Below are positions 10,592 through 20,174 of a DNA stretch of 64,000 nt, in pieces. Each line of letters begins with the position of its first letter. Within the stretch, counting starts at the first letter, position 1. The translations under genes were made by a program, and so were the position numbers. A model generated the notes under the pieces. That model ran no database searches. It saw only the letters and a list, made by a program, of their open reading frames with translations, and was not told where the DNA came from. The stretch comes from Candidatus Multivorans sp. (GTDB taxonomy: Bacteria > Acidobacteriota > Thermoanaerobaculia > Multivoradales > Multivoraceae), in the NCBI GenBank assembly GCA_965247095.1, contig OZ251997.1, positions 736,001 through 800,000 on the forward strand, given 5' to 3'.

Positions 10592-11754
10592 GGGGCAACC
10601 GGATGAGACCCGTGTCGGCCCGGCGCCGCGGTGAGCACCGGGGCCGAACGCTGCTGGCGCTCGTGCCGGTCGCGTTCCTCGTGCTCGGTTGCGAGGTCCG
10701 CACGGGACGGCCGGACGCGCTCTGGCTGCTGTGGCTGGGGCCGGGCCTGCTGCTCTTCTACGTCTACGCGTTCCGCACCCGAGACCGGTTGCTCGGCCGC
10801 TTCGCCTCGCGCGAGATGCTGGCGGTCCTGGTCGCCGGGGTCAGCCGGCCGCGGCGTCGTCTGAAGGCGTTTCTCATGCTGGTCGCGCTGCTCGCCCTGG
10901 TAGCGTCTCTTGCCCAGCCCCGCTGGGGCTTCGTCTGGGAGGAGGTCCACCGCGAGGGCGTCGACATCGTGGTCGCTCTCGATGTCTCGGACTCGATGCT
11001 GGTGCGTGACGCGGAGGCGGGCGGCGAACTCAGCCGCCTCGAGCGCGCCAAGCGCGAGATCGCCGACCTGCTTCAACGCCTGGAGGGCGATCGCATCGCC
11101 CTGGTGGCCTTTGCCGGCGAGGCCTTCCTGGAACTGCCGCTGACGCTCGACTACTCGGCGGCCGCTCTCTTTCTGGAGGCCATGGCGCCGGATCTGATTC
11201 CAACCAAGGGCACCGCGATCGGTGAGGCGCTCCGGGTCTCGCTCGATGCGTTCGACCGGGTCGCCGCGGTCGGATCACGGCAGTCGCGCGCCGTGATCCT
11301 GATCACCGACGGCGAGGATCATCTCGGCGAGGCGCAGGAAGTCGCTGAGGCCGCCGCCGCGGCCGGCGTGCGGATATTCGCGATCGGCATTGGTCGCGAC
11401 GAGGGCGCGCCCATCCCCAGGGAGGGCGGTGGTTTCCGCACCGACCGCCGGGGCGAGATCATCCTCAGCCGGCTGGACGAGTCGGCGCTGCAGCGGATCG
11501 CCCTGACCACCGGCGGCCGCTACGTCCGCTCGGTGACCGGTGATGTGGACCTGGAGCAGATCTACGCCCAGGGCATCAAGGCACAGCTACAAGACCAGGA
11601 ACTCGGCTCCAGCCGCCGCCAGCGCTGGCAGGAGCGCTTCCAGTGGCTGCTGGTCATCGCACTGGTCGCGCTGATGCTGGAACCGCTGATCAGCGACCGT
11701 TTGCGGCGGCGCGACGTGACGCTCGAGGGAGGCGACCATGCAGCCGCGGCGTGA
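10588..11754 (+). CDS. batB: BatB-like vWA domain protein
   Basis: LAQPRWG, GVDIVVALDVSDSM, DRIALVAFAG, LITDGEDH, ERFQW; GTG start overlaps the batA stop (the ORF-track start 9451 is too long). Confidence 0.85.
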   Translation: MRGNRMRPVSARRRGEHRGRTLLALVPVAFLVLGCEVRTGRPDALWLLWLGPGLLLFYVYAFRTRDRLLGRFASREMLAVLVAGVSRPRRRLKAFLMLVALLALVASLAQPRWGFVWEEVHREGVDIVVALDVSDSMLVRDAEAGGELSRLERAKREIADLLQRLEGDRIALVAFAGEAFLELPLTLDYSAAALFLEAMAPDLIPTKGTAIGEALRVSLDAFDRVAAVGSRQSRAVILITDGEDHLGEAQEVAEAAAAAGVRIFAIGIGRDEGAPIPREGGGFRTDRRGEIILSRLDESALQRIALTTGGRYVRSVTGDVDLEQIYAQGIKAQLQDQELGSSRRQRWQERFQWLLVIALVALMLEPLISDRLRRRDVTLEGGDHAAAA

Positions 11755-12619
11755 GGCCCGCTTCGAGCCGCTCGTTCTCCTTGCGTGGGGGCTGTTGCTT
11801 CCGCTCACCGCGGGTGCACAGCCACCGGCCGGGGGGCCGCCGCAACCGCCTCCGCCGCAGGCGGCGCCCGAGACGCCGCCGGTCGAGTACGCCTCGCCCT
11901 ACGATGCGTTCGACGCCGGCGCCTACGCCCAGGCCCTCGACGACTTCGTGGACCGGCAGACCAGACAGCCCGACGACCCGGAACTGAGCCTCAACGTCGG
12001 CGCCGCGCACTACAAGTTGAACGATTTCGAGTCCGCAGACGCCCAGTTCTACCGCGCCGCGGCGATCGGCGACGACGGGTTGCGGGCCCAGTCGCTCTAC
12101 AACCTCGGCAACAGCGCCTACCGCCAGGGCAAGCTGGAAGATGCGATCGACTTCTACATGGCCTCCCTGGAGGCGAATCCGGACGACCTGGACACGAAGT
12201 TCAATCTGGAGTTCGTGCGCGAGGAGCTGAAGAAGCAGCAACAGCAGCAGCAGAACCAGGAGCAGCAGGACCAGGAACAGCAGAGCCAGGAGGGCGCCGA
12301 GCAGCAATCGGAGGACTCGGACCAGGGCGGAGGCGAGCAGCCCGAAGACCAGCAGCAGGACCCCGGCGCCCAGGGCCAGGACCAGCCGGAGGACCAGGGG
12401 CCGCAGGACAGCGACGGCGACGGCATCCCCGACGCGGCGGATTCACCGCCCGAGGAGGATGGCTCCGACCCCGGCAACCAGGGCGGGCCCCAGGAACCGC
12501 GGCCGGGCATGACGCCGGAGGAGGCCGAGCGCTACCTCCAGGCACTGGAGGAGGGGCGCCTCGACCCGAATCGGCGGGGTCAGCGCGGACGCAGCGGCCG
12601 TCAGGCGAAGGACTGGTAG
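11738..12619 (+). CDS. batC: BatC-like TPR protein with Gln/Asp-rich tail
   Basis: YNLGNSAYRQG TPR, D.DTKFNLE, Q-rich linker, MTPEEAERYL, terminal KDW. Confidence 0.85.
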   Translation: MQPRREARFEPLVLLAWGLLLPLTAGAQPPAGGPPQPPPPQAAPETPPVEYASPYDAFDAGAYAQALDDFVDRQTRQPDDPELSLNVGAAHYKLNDFESADAQFYRAAAIGDDGLRAQSLYNLGNSAYRQGKLEDAIDFYMASLEANPDDLDTKFNLEFVREELKKQQQQQQNQEQQDQEQQSQEGAEQQSEDSDQGGGEQPEDQQQDPGAQGQDQPEDQGPQDSDGDGIPDAADSPPEEDGSDPGNQGGPQEPRPGMTPEEAERYLQALEEGRLDPNRRGQRGRSGRQAKDW

Positions 12620-12623
12620 GTCG

Positions 12624-14480
12624 ATGGGTGGCAGGAGACGACCGTTCCCTCCGCCGACCAGGAGGCGCTCTGTCGCCCTCGGCTGGTCTGCGGTCCTTTG
12701 TGCGTCGTTCTTGGCCGTGCCGGGGGCAACGGCGGTCGGGGCACAGGAACCGCGGACGATCCAGGTCACGGTGGACCGCAACCAGGTCGCTCTCGGGACC
12801 CAGATCTACCTGACGATCATGCTCAACGGCGCCCCCGACGAGCCGCCGAGGCTGCCCGAGCTGCCGGACTTCCGGGTCGTGTCGCGTGGTGAAGAGCGGC
12901 AAACCCAGATCATCAACGGCAGGGTCAGCAACAACACCTCGTACAACTACCTGCTGATCCCGGTACGGGCCGGTACGTTCGAGGTTGGACCGGCAGTCGC
13001 ACTGGTCAACGGTGTGGAGGTCAGGAGCCAGCCATTCACGGTCCAGGTCACGGCTGCCGAGGAAGACGGCGGTGAGCAGAACCGGGATCTCTTCGTCACC
13101 GCTTCCGTCTCCACCGACCAGCCGTGGCAGGGGCAGCAGGTGATCTACACGTGGCGCTTCTACAGCCGGGTGCGCGTCGGTCAGGGGTCGATCGAGTCGA
13201 TGGACTTCGGCGGTGACGTGGTGGCCGAAGACTTGGGCGAGGTACGCCAGTTCACGGCCGCGATCGAGGGCGTCCAGTACACGGTGAACGAGGTGCGCAA
13301 GGCGCTCTTCCCGCAGCGGGCCGGCGAGATCGTGCTGCCGCCGACCCAGCTCAGCGTGGAGGTGCTGGTGGAGGAGCCGCGCCGGCAGAGCCGGCGACGC
13401 GGCATCTTCGACGACTTCGACAGTCTGCTCGGTCGCGGTGGACGCTGGGAGACGAAGTACCTGGTCACGGAACCCGTGACCCTCAACGTGCGGCCGCTGC
13501 CACCGGCGCCCGCGGGCTGGAACGGTCTGGTCGGAGACTTCGATATCAGTGCCTCGTTGAGCCGGCGCGAGCTGCAGGTGGGACAGTCGGCCACGCTGGA
13601 TGTGCGGGTCGCCGGCGCCGGCAACGTGCAGCTCCTCGCGGAACCCGAGTTTCCCGAACTGCCGGTGTTCAAGATCTACCCGGATCAGCCGACCAGCACC
13701 GTCGACAACAGCGGCCGCCTGCTCAGCGGGCGCAAGGTCTTTCGCCGAGCGCTGGTGCCTCTCGTGGTCGGCGCGCTCGACATTCCGCCGCTCGAGCTCG
13801 TCTACTTCGACCCGGAGCTTGGCGAGTACGTGGAGCGTTCGACGGATCGCATCGACCTGGACGTGACTCCGGCGGATGGCGAGGAAGAGCTGATGCTCAC
13901 CGAATCCCTGGCGCCGACCACCGGCAAGGTGGCGGTGCGGATCCTCGCCGACGACATTCTGCCGGTCCGCCGGACGGCTGCCGGCATCGTGTCCGCCGCC
14001 CCTCAGGGCTGGCGGGCGTGGTTATGGCTGGCCGGCGGCGTACTCCCGCCGATGCTGTACCTGATCCTGCTGACCCAGTACCGGCGCGAGCGACGGTACG
14101 CCGCCGACAGGACCTTGCGCGGGCGCCAGCAGGCCCTGCGCCGGGCCCTGGCCGCGGCGAAGAAGCTGCCATCCGGATCGGGAGCGGCAGCGGCAGTAGC
14201 GGCCGAGGCTTCCAGGGTGCTGCGGTCCTACGTGGGCGACAAGTTGGGCATTGAGGGTGCGGCCCTGACGCCGACCGAAGCGGAGACGGCGCTGGTTCAG
14301 GCCGGCGTGGCGCCAGGCGTGGCGGCGCACTGCCGGGCGGAACTGGAACGGTTCGAGGCGGCCCAGTACGGCGTGGCGGCGGTCTCCGGGGGCGCCGGGG
14401 CAGCGAGTGGCGGTGCGGAGGACGGCTTGAGCGAGTTGATCCGGACCATCGACCGGCAGTTCCGGGGGAGAAGGGCGTGA
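12624..14480 (+). CDS. batD: BatD family protein
   Basis: QIING, VG.F.I.ASL, G.GN, YFDP..G.Y motifs; C-terminal TM helix; operon position. Confidence 0.85.
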   Translation: MGGRRRPFPPPTRRRSVALGWSAVLCASFLAVPGATAVGAQEPRTIQVTVDRNQVALGTQIYLTIMLNGAPDEPPRLPELPDFRVVSRGEERQTQIINGRVSNNTSYNYLLIPVRAGTFEVGPAVALVNGVEVRSQPFTVQVTAAEEDGGEQNRDLFVTASVSTDQPWQGQQVIYTWRFYSRVRVGQGSIESMDFGGDVVAEDLGEVRQFTAAIEGVQYTVNEVRKALFPQRAGEIVLPPTQLSVEVLVEEPRRQSRRRGIFDDFDSLLGRGGRWETKYLVTEPVTLNVRPLPPAPAGWNGLVGDFDISASLSRRELQVGQSATLDVRVAGAGNVQLLAEPEFPELPVFKIYPDQPTSTVDNSGRLLSGRKVFRRALVPLVVGALDIPPLELVYFDPELGEYVERSTDRIDLDVTPADGEEELMLTESLAPTTGKVAVRILADDILPVRRTAAGIVSAAPQGWRAWLWLAGGVLPPMLYLILLTQYRRERRYAADRTLRGRQQALRRALAAAKKLPSGSGAAAAVAAEASRVLRSYVGDKLGIEGAALTPTEAETALVQAGVAPGVAAHCRAELERFEAAQYGVAAVSGGAGAASGGAEDGLSELIRTIDRQFRGRRA

Positions 14481-15283
14481 GGCGGGGTTTCGCGTTTTTG
14501 TTTGTTCTTGTGGCTGCGGCGGGATCCATCGCCGGGCAGCCGGCGCCGTTGCCCATCGTCACCGAGGCCGCGGCCGCCGACGAGACGCCGGAGGCGCCGG
14601 AACCGGCGGAGCTCTGGGTCAACGGCAATGCCGCCTACGAGGCCGGAGACTTCGAGATGGCGGTGTCGCTATACCGCGAAATGGAGGGCATGGGGGTCGA
14701 GAATGGTCACCTCCACTACAACCTCGGGAACGCCTACCTGCGCGCCGGCGCACTGGGACAGGCGATCGCTTCCTACCGCCGTTCGCTTCGCCTGTTGCCG
14801 CGCGACGAGGATGCTCTCGCCAACCTGGCGTTCGCTCGCCGCAGCGCCCGCGACGAGATCGCTCCGCCGGAGCCTCCGGTACTGCTGCGGACCCTGCTGT
14901 TCTGGCACTACAGCCTGGCGCCGGCCGAGGTTCTTCGCAGCGTCGTGCTGGTCAGCGCGGCGTTCTGGATCGTGCTCGCCCTGCGCCTCTACCGGCGCGC
15001 GTCGGAGGTGCTCCGGTGGTCCGCCGCCTGTCTGCTTGTGGTCGGGCTCGCGCTGGGCGGCTCGCTCGTCGCCCACGCGACCTTCGCGCCCGCCACAGCC
15101 GTCGTCCTGCCGCAGGAGATCGACCTCCACGCCGCCGCCGGGGACGGCTCGGTTGTCCGCTTCCGTCTCCATGCCGGCACCGAGGTACAGGTCATCGAGC
15201 AGCGCCCGGAGTGGATCCGCATCGAACTGCCGGACGGTCAGCGGGGCTGGTCGAGACGGGAGTACGTGGAACTTGTAGAGTGA
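14477..15283 (+). CDS. batE: BatE-like TPR + SH3 protein
   Basis: GNAAYEAGDF, HYNLGNAY..G..G.AI..Y.R, C-terminal LHAGTEV...W..I.LPDG..GW. Confidence 0.85.
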   Translation: MRRGFAFLFVLVAAAGSIAGQPAPLPIVTEAAAADETPEAPEPAELWVNGNAAYEAGDFEMAVSLYREMEGMGVENGHLHYNLGNAYLRAGALGQAIASYRRSLRLLPRDEDALANLAFARRSARDEIAPPEPPVLLRTLLFWHYSLAPAEVLRSVVLVSAAFWIVLALRLYRRASEVLRWSAACLLVVGLALGGSLVAHATFAPATAVVLPQEIDLHAAAGDGSVVRFRLHAGTEVQVIEQRPEWIRIELPDGQRGWSRREYVELVE

Positions 15284-15313
15284 GCGCAGCGCAGATGTCC
15301 TGAGGAGAATCGC

Positions 15314-15565
15314 ATGAGACGCATGTACTCGGTTACAGCAGTTTGGGACGAGGAGGCCGAGGTGTTCTACTGCGAGAGCGACATTGAAGGCCTACATATC
15401 GAGGCGGCTACGCTTAAGGAGTTCCAGAGCCTGATTGCCGAGCACGCGCCTGAGCTGATCATCGCGAACCACTTGAAGCCGAGGGACATCGCGAGGATGT
15501 CGCTCGGGGATCTCATCCCGGCAATTCTGTTGCAAGCACAGGTTCCAGCGGGGCACGCAGCTTGA
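15314..15565 (+). CDS. DUF1902 / HicB-like antitoxin
   Basis: V.A.WD.EA.V....SDI.GL..EA.T pattern; GAGGAG RBS; adjacent to HicA. Confidence 0.8.
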   Translation: MRRMYSVTAVWDEEAEVFYCESDIEGLHIEAATLKEFQSLIAEHAPELIIANHLKPRDIARMSLGDLIPAILLQAQVPAGHAA

Positions 15566-15566
15566 C

Positions 15567-15764
15567 GTGGCGCGGGGCTTCTACCGGCAGGTAGTCCAGC
15601 AGTTGTCGTTGCTCGGCTTTGAGCACATCAAGGGAGGCAAGGGCTCCCACGAGAAGTGGATTTCGGCGGCCGGAGAAAAGACACTGACGGTGCCGAGACG
15701 GCTCAAGAGTCGGCACACGGCAAACAACATCCTGAAGAGCGCCGGAAGCACCAAACGGCTCTGA
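15567..15764 (+). CDS. hicA: HicA family toxin (mRNA interferase)
   Basis: LGF.....GKGSHEKW...TVP......TAN.ILK.AG. Confidence 0.85.
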   Translation: MARGFYRQVVQQLSLLGFEHIKGGKGSHEKWISAAGEKTLTVPRRLKSRHTANNILKSAGSTKRL

Positions 15765-15768
15765 GCCG

Positions 15769-16446
15769 TCAGCGGTTCGCCGCGAAGCGACGTCCGACGA
15801 TCCCGAAGAACGCCGACACGAACCGGAACGTCAGGCCCCACACGACGTGCCGCTCGGGCTCGCCGACGACGACGCCGGGGAAGCTCACCTCGGGATAGGG
15901 CGGATGGCGGTAGTCGATGACCCGGGAAGGATCCTCAAACCAGGCCAGCGGCACCCAGAACGCCTCGGCGACTTCGTAGTTCAGGATCAGGTTGTTGCCC
16001 GTGCCCGCGTCGACCTCGTAGACGAAGGCCGCGATCCGGAGCTGCCGTCCCTGGCCGGCACGTTGCCCCGCTTGGTCGTCGAGCCGGCCGATCAGACGGG
16101 CGCCTTCGAGGGACAGGCCGACCTCTTCGTCCGTCTCGCGCTTCGCGGTTGCCTCAAGGTCCTGATCGCTCTCGTCGTGGCGGCCGCCGGGAAGCGCCAT
16201 TTGCCCCGACCAGGGATCCCCGGGTACGCGCGCTCGTTCGATGAACAACGCCTCAGGGCCCTCGGCCGATGGGCGAAGAACCATCGCGACACTGGCCTCG
16301 AACTCGGCCGGCGGGCGGATGAGGGCCTCGTGAGCCGCCAGCCGGCGGCGGATCGTGATGAGGTCGAGTGGGCCGGCGGGCTCGGCGGCGTCTTCGTAGC
16401 TTGCCGGTGCGACGGTGGCGTCGGGTGAGTGTGTTCTTGGCCGCAC
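15769..16446 (-). CDS. Nudix hydrolase (CoA pyrophosphatase, NudL-like)
   Basis: DPWSGQMALPGG..D..D.....TA.RET.EEVGL Nudix box, VWGLT; start uncertain. Confidence 0.85.
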   Translation of the reverse strand: MRPRTHSPDATVAPASYEDAAEPAGPLDLITIRRRLAAHEALIRPPAEFEASVAMVLRPSAEGPEALFIERARVPGDPWSGQMALPGGRHDESDQDLEATAKRETDEEVGLSLEGARLIGRLDDQAGQRAGQGRQLRIAAFVYEVDAGTGNNLILNYEVAEAFWVPLAWFEDPSRVIDYRHPPYPEVSFPGVVVGEPERHVVWGLTFRFVSAFFGIVGRRFAANR

Positions 16447-16559
16447 GATGGCGGTACCTTCGCACACTCCCGGGCTGAAGGTGTTCTTCCCCTCCAGCGG
16501 GCTTGACGAGTTGCTCGGCTTGGAGGGGCGACTGCGGCGCAAGCTAGCGCTCCGGAGCA

Positions 16560-16588
16560 TTGACATGTTCTCCACATGAAACTAGTGT
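16560..16588 (+). promoter_or_regulatory. Sigma70-type promoter of the fitA-vapC pair (probably leaderless)
   Basis: TTGACA (16560-65), 17 nt, TAGTGT (16583-88), 7 nt, ATG 16596; no SD; repeated ACATG motifs overlap it. Confidence 0.6.
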
Positions 16589-16595
16589 CTTGCAC

Positions 16596-16826
16596 ATGGA
16601 CAAGATGCTTCAGATCCGGAACGTTCCAGATGATGTCCATCGCCAGTTGAAGTCTCGGGCCGCCCGTGAAGGCGTCTCGATGTCGCACTTCGTCTTGCGA
16701 GAAATCGAGCGGATCCTTCAGCGACCCAGTCAGGAAGAGTTGCTGGCCGCGATCGCGCGGCTACCCGAAGTGACGCCCAAGGAGTCGCCGGCGGACGTTC
16801 TGCGCGAAGTGCGTGACGCTCGTTGA
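16596..16826 (+). CDS. FitA-like ribbon-helix-helix antitoxin
   Basis: LQIRNVPDDVHRQLKSRAAREGVSMS; overlaps the downstream PIN gene. Confidence 0.85.
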   Translation: MDKMLQIRNVPDDVHRQLKSRAAREGVSMSHFVLREIERILQRPSQEELLAAIARLPEVTPKESPADVLREVRDAR

Positions 16827-17212
16827 CGGTGCTCGATGCGTCCGCTGCCATTGAACTCTTGATGGGCGGGCCGCGCGGACGGCGGCTGAACGCTCGCCTT
16901 CGCTTAGAGCCGGTAGTCCAGGCTCCCCACCTGATCGATGTCGAAATAGCCCACACACTGCGACGGTACGTCTTGCGGGGAGAGTTCAGCGGCCAATGGT
17001 GCTCCAGCGCCCTGGATCGTTGGCAGGATCTGCGGGTGGATCGGTACGGGCATCTACCCTTCCTCAACCGGATCTGGCAGCTTCGTCACAACGTCTCGGC
17101 CTACGACGCGGTCTACGTCGCGCTCGCTGAGGCGCTCTCGACGGTGGTGTTGACGGCGGACCGACGGCTCGCCGACGTTCCGGGGCTCGAAGGGCGAATC
17201 GAACTCATCTGA
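16823..17212 (+). CDS. vapC: VapC (PIN domain) toxin
   Basis: VLDASA, AP.LID.E, N.SAYDA.YVALAE, LTADRRL. Confidence 0.9.
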   Translation: MTVLDASAAIELLMGGPRGRRLNARLRLEPVVQAPHLIDVEIAHTLRRYVLRGEFSGQWCSSALDRWQDLRVDRYGHLPFLNRIWQLRHNVSAYDAVYVALAEALSTVVLTADRRLADVPGLEGRIELI

Positions 17213-17293
17213 CGGCGACTTGAGTCGGGTGTGCTCCGCGGTGGACCAAGCCTGGCAGCCAGATCGGGCTCCTCAGGTTCTGCTCCGGTCGTC

Positions 17294-18400
17294 CTATGCG
17301 CCGAACGTCGCCTGTAGCCAGGCGATCAGGACCTGGTTGAACTCCTCGGGCTTCTCCTGCTGGGTCCAGTGGCCGCAGTCCTTGATCGTGTGCTTGTCGA
17401 TGTTCGGCACCAGCGCTTCGATGCCGTCGGCGGAGGAGGGAGGCAGGACGACGTCGTTCTCGGCGCCGATGTAGAGGCAGGGCTGCTCGATCTTCTCGCC
17501 TTTGTCCTTCATCAACTCCCAGTTGCGGTCGATGTTGCGGTACCAGTTGACGCCGCCGGTGAAGCCGGTACGTTCGTAGGTGGTGACGAAATGGGCCAGT
17601 TCTTCCTCGGTGAGCAGGAGTTCGCCGCGCAAGTCGTCTGCCGTTCCGTGCTTGATGATCTTAAGCAACTGGAACTTCCGCTCCGGCGCGTCGGCCGGGA
17701 GCTTGTTGAAGGCTTCGGCATCCCACGTGCCGCGGCGCATGAAGGTGCGGAAGGACTTCTCCGTATCCGCCTCGAGCACCTCTTCCGCCTTGTAGGGCTC
17801 CTGGAAGGCGACGACGTAGTTGTCCTCGCCGCGTACGCGGCGGAGGATCTCGATCGGCGCTACGGGCGGTTGGAGGCCGGTGGGCGTGTTCATGCCGACG
17901 ACGCCGAGGACGCGGTCCGAGTGCAGCCGCGGCATCGCCCAGACCACGGCGCCGCCCCAGTCGTGGCCGACGAAGACCGCCTTCTCGATCCCCCGGGCGT
18001 CGAGGAGCCCGACCAGGTCGGCGCACAACTCGGCGATGTTGTAGGCCTTGATCGCCAGTGGACGCTGGGTGTTGCCGTAGCCCCTCTGATCGGGCGCCAG
18101 GACACGGAAACCGGCTGCCGACACCACCGGCAACTGGTGGCGCCAGGAGTAGGCGAGTTCCGGGAAGCCGTGGCTGAAGACGATCGGCACGCCTTCGGTG
18201 CCCGCCTCGTAGACGGCCATCCGCAGGCCGCCGTTGGTGCGGATGTAGTTGGGGTCGGGCCAGGTCGGGGCCTCGTGTTCGGCGGCCGCTGAGGTTCCCG
18301 CCTTCGTGGCGAGCGCGGCGACGCCCACGGCCGAACCGGCGATCAGGGTACGTCGGGTCATCGGTGCGTCGGAGTCGCTGGAATCGTCGTGCGTGGTCAT
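17294..18400 (-). CDS. Alpha/beta hydrolase, epoxide hydrolase family, with twin-arginine signal
   Basis: HGFPE...SWRHQ, PDQRGYG, VGHDWG nucleophile, NWYRN, GHWTQQEKP; N-terminal TRRTLI. Confidence 0.9.
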   Translation of the reverse strand: MTTHDDSSDSDAPMTRRTLIAGSAVGVAALATKAGTSAAAEHEAPTWPDPNYIRTNGGLRMAVYEAGTEGVPIVFSHGFPELAYSWRHQLPVVSAAGFRVLAPDQRGYGNTQRPLAIKAYNIAELCADLVGLLDARGIEKAVFVGHDWGGAVVWAMPRLHSDRVLGVVGMNTPTGLQPPVAPIEILRRVRGEDNYVVAFQEPYKAEEVLEADTEKSFRTFMRRGTWDAEAFNKLPADAPERKFQLLKIIKHGTADDLRGELLLTEEELAHFVTTYERTGFTGGVNWYRNIDRNWELMKDKGEKIEQPCLYIGAENDVVLPPSSADGIEALVPNIDKHTIKDCGHWTQQEKPEEFNQVLIAWLQATFGA

Positions 18401-18537
18401 GGCGGGGAATGGTAGCTGAGCGGCACAGCCCTCTCGCCCTCGGGCTTCAGCCTGTCCCGGACTCCGCGTTCGCCAGTGGAGGTGCCAGGCCGAATGGGAT
18501 GCGAGGAAGCTGGCGCGACATGGTAGTAGAAGAGGCC

Positions 18538-18870
18538 ATGAAGAGCTTATATCTGATCCTGTGTGTTCTCGGTACGGTGCTGCCCTGGTGGCAGCTCCAG
18601 CAGTTCTTCTTCGACGTGGGCGGTTTCGATCTGCTCGCCTTCGTCGGCGCGGCGGCAGAGAATCCGGTCGCGGCGGGTTTCAGCATCGACATCGTGATCT
18701 CGTCGGTCGTGTTCTGTACGTTCATATTTGGAGACGGTCGGCGGCGCGGCATGACCAACCTGTGGGTCTACGTCGCCGCGAACCTGCTGGTCGGGCTCTC
18801 CCTGGCGCTGCCGCTCTACCTCTATCGCCGCACCGTGGCCATCGAGGCGGAGCGCGTCTGGGCGGCCTGA
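18538..18870 (+). CDS. DUF2834 family membrane protein
   Basis: YL.L...G..LPW..., D..IS.., VG.S..LPLYLY pattern. Confidence 0.75.
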   Translation: MKSLYLILCVLGTVLPWWQLQQFFFDVGGFDLLAFVGAAAENPVAAGFSIDIVISSVVFCTFIFGDGRRRGMTNLWVYVAANLLVGLSLALPLYLYRRTVAIEAERVWAA

Positions 18871-18891
18871 ACTGAGCGGCGTTCGCCCGAA

Positions 18892-19380
18892 TCAGGAGCC
18901 CGACGGCCAGGGTTTTGTACGGATCACCCGCCCAACGTCGCCGGGACCGGCGATCCTGCGCTGAACCTGCAGGACCTCGCCCATTCGCTCGTGGATCTCG
19001 GGCGGGAATGGCGTGCTGCGGCGCGTGTCCAGATCGATGTGGATGCTCAGCAGCTCGTGCGTCGCGGCGACGTACCCCTCGTCGGCGTGCACCATGCGCA
19101 TGAAGGTGTGGTACTTCTTGTCGTCGAAGCCGAGCAGCTCCGCTTCGACGATGATCGGCGCGCCCTCGGGCAACTCCCTCAGCCAGGTGAGGTGGCTGTC
19201 GATCGAGAAAGTCGAGCGCCGGTTTGACTTGCGGTAGGTCCGATCGACGCCCAGGAACGCGGTCCAGGGGCCGGTTGCGTCGTCGAACACGACCAGGTAG
19301 TAGCCGGCATTCATGTGGCCGTTGTGGTCGATCCACGCCGGAAGGACCGTTGCGGTCCAGATCTGCTGTGGGTCGGTCAT
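18892..19380 (-). CDS. Acyl-CoA thioesterase (hotdog fold, 4HBT/CdhB-like)
   Basis: WIDHNGHMN..YY..FD.A, H...LRE motifs. Confidence 0.85.
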   Translation of the reverse strand: MTDPQQIWTATVLPAWIDHNGHMNAGYYLVVFDDATGPWTAFLGVDRTYRKSNRRSTFSIDSHLTWLRELPEGAPIIVEAELLGFDDKKYHTFMRMVHADEGYVAATHELLSIHIDLDTRRSTPFPPEIHERMGEVLQVQRRIAGPGDVGRVIRTKPWPSGS

Positions 19381-19387
19381 GCTGGCC

Positions 19388-19804
19388 TCACAGGACGCGG
19401 AAGCCCTCCCGCCGTGCGGCGGTGGAGAGTCGATCGTCACTGCAGACCAGGTCGAGCGTCTCCGGAACATCGGACGCAACCGTCAGCGCCGCAGCCAACT
19501 GTAGAGCGTCCGCGCCTCGCAGGCGGTGAAACCGGAGCAGCCTGACAGCACGCTGGCGCACCTCCTCGACGGGAGCAACCTCCAGCCAGTCGCCCGCTAG
19601 GAGACGAAGCTGGTCCATGGGTTCGGCCATTCCGCCCTCCAGGCGGCCTTCGCGATCGAGACGGCTCAGCGCGGACGTGCACTCGATCACCGTGGCCCAC
19701 CAAGTGACGAGTTCAGGGTCCTGTTCGAAGATGGCGCGACGTTCGGGCGTTCTGCGTTCGTCTACGAGCAACGACACGATGGCGGAGGAGTCCCAGTACT
19801 TCAG
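19388..19804 (-). CDS. vapC: VapC (PIN domain) toxin
   Basis: KYWDSSAIV, LRGADALQLAAA, D.RL..AA.REGF; the conserved N-terminus requires a start near CTG 19804. Confidence 0.85.
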   Translation of the reverse strand: MKYWDSSAIVSLLVDERRTPERRAIFEQDPELVTWWATVIECTSALSRLDREGRLEGGMAEPMDQLRLLAGDWLEVAPVEEVRQRAVRLLRFHRLRGADALQLAAALTVASDVPETLDLVCSDDRLSTAARREGFRVL

Positions 19805-20100
19805 CGGCTTCCCCTGCGCTCGGCCACGACGATCTCGCTTGCGCTCAATCCCTCAGCCAGCTTGGGCAGCGGTCTACTGAGGAAGCGTTCCACGTCGATC
19901 CGCGCGCGCGGGGGCGTCGCGACCCCTCGACGGACGAGTTCCGCGGCCACCTCGTCCATCCTCATGTCGCCGAGTCGACAGGGCTCGATGCGTGCCACGG
20001 GCTCCCCGCGGTGAGTGATCAGGACGGTCTCACCGCGGCGGACATCGTTCAGCAGACTGCTGAACCCGTTCTTCGCTTCGCTGACGCTCGCTCGCTTCAT
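19801..20100 (-). CDS. Phd/YefM family antitoxin
   Basis: MKRASVSEAKNGFSSLL..V..GE.VLIT.RG.PVARI; the ORF-track start 20460 is too long. Confidence 0.88.
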   Translation of the reverse strand: MKRASVSEAKNGFSSLLNDVRRGETVLITHRGEPVARIEPCRLGDMRMDEVAAELVRRGVATPPRARIDVERFLSRPLPKLAEGLSASEIVVAERRGSR

Positions 20101-20106
20101 CTGGTT

Positions 20107-20135
20107 ATTCTGGCCATGTTGATCAGGCCTGTCAA
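20107..20135 (-). promoter_or_regulatory. Sigma70-type promoter of phd-vapC (probably leaderless)
   Basis: Minus strand TTGACA, 17 nt, CAGAAT, 6 nt, ATG 20100. Confidence 0.6.
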
Positions 20136-20174
20136 GCCTCTTCGATCCGGTGTGATCCGAACGGCGAGGCCCTG

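Noticed and set aside
12235-12400. CAG-rich repeat as a contingency locus
   Set aside because: Imperfect in-frame Gln-rich linker that is normal for BatC.
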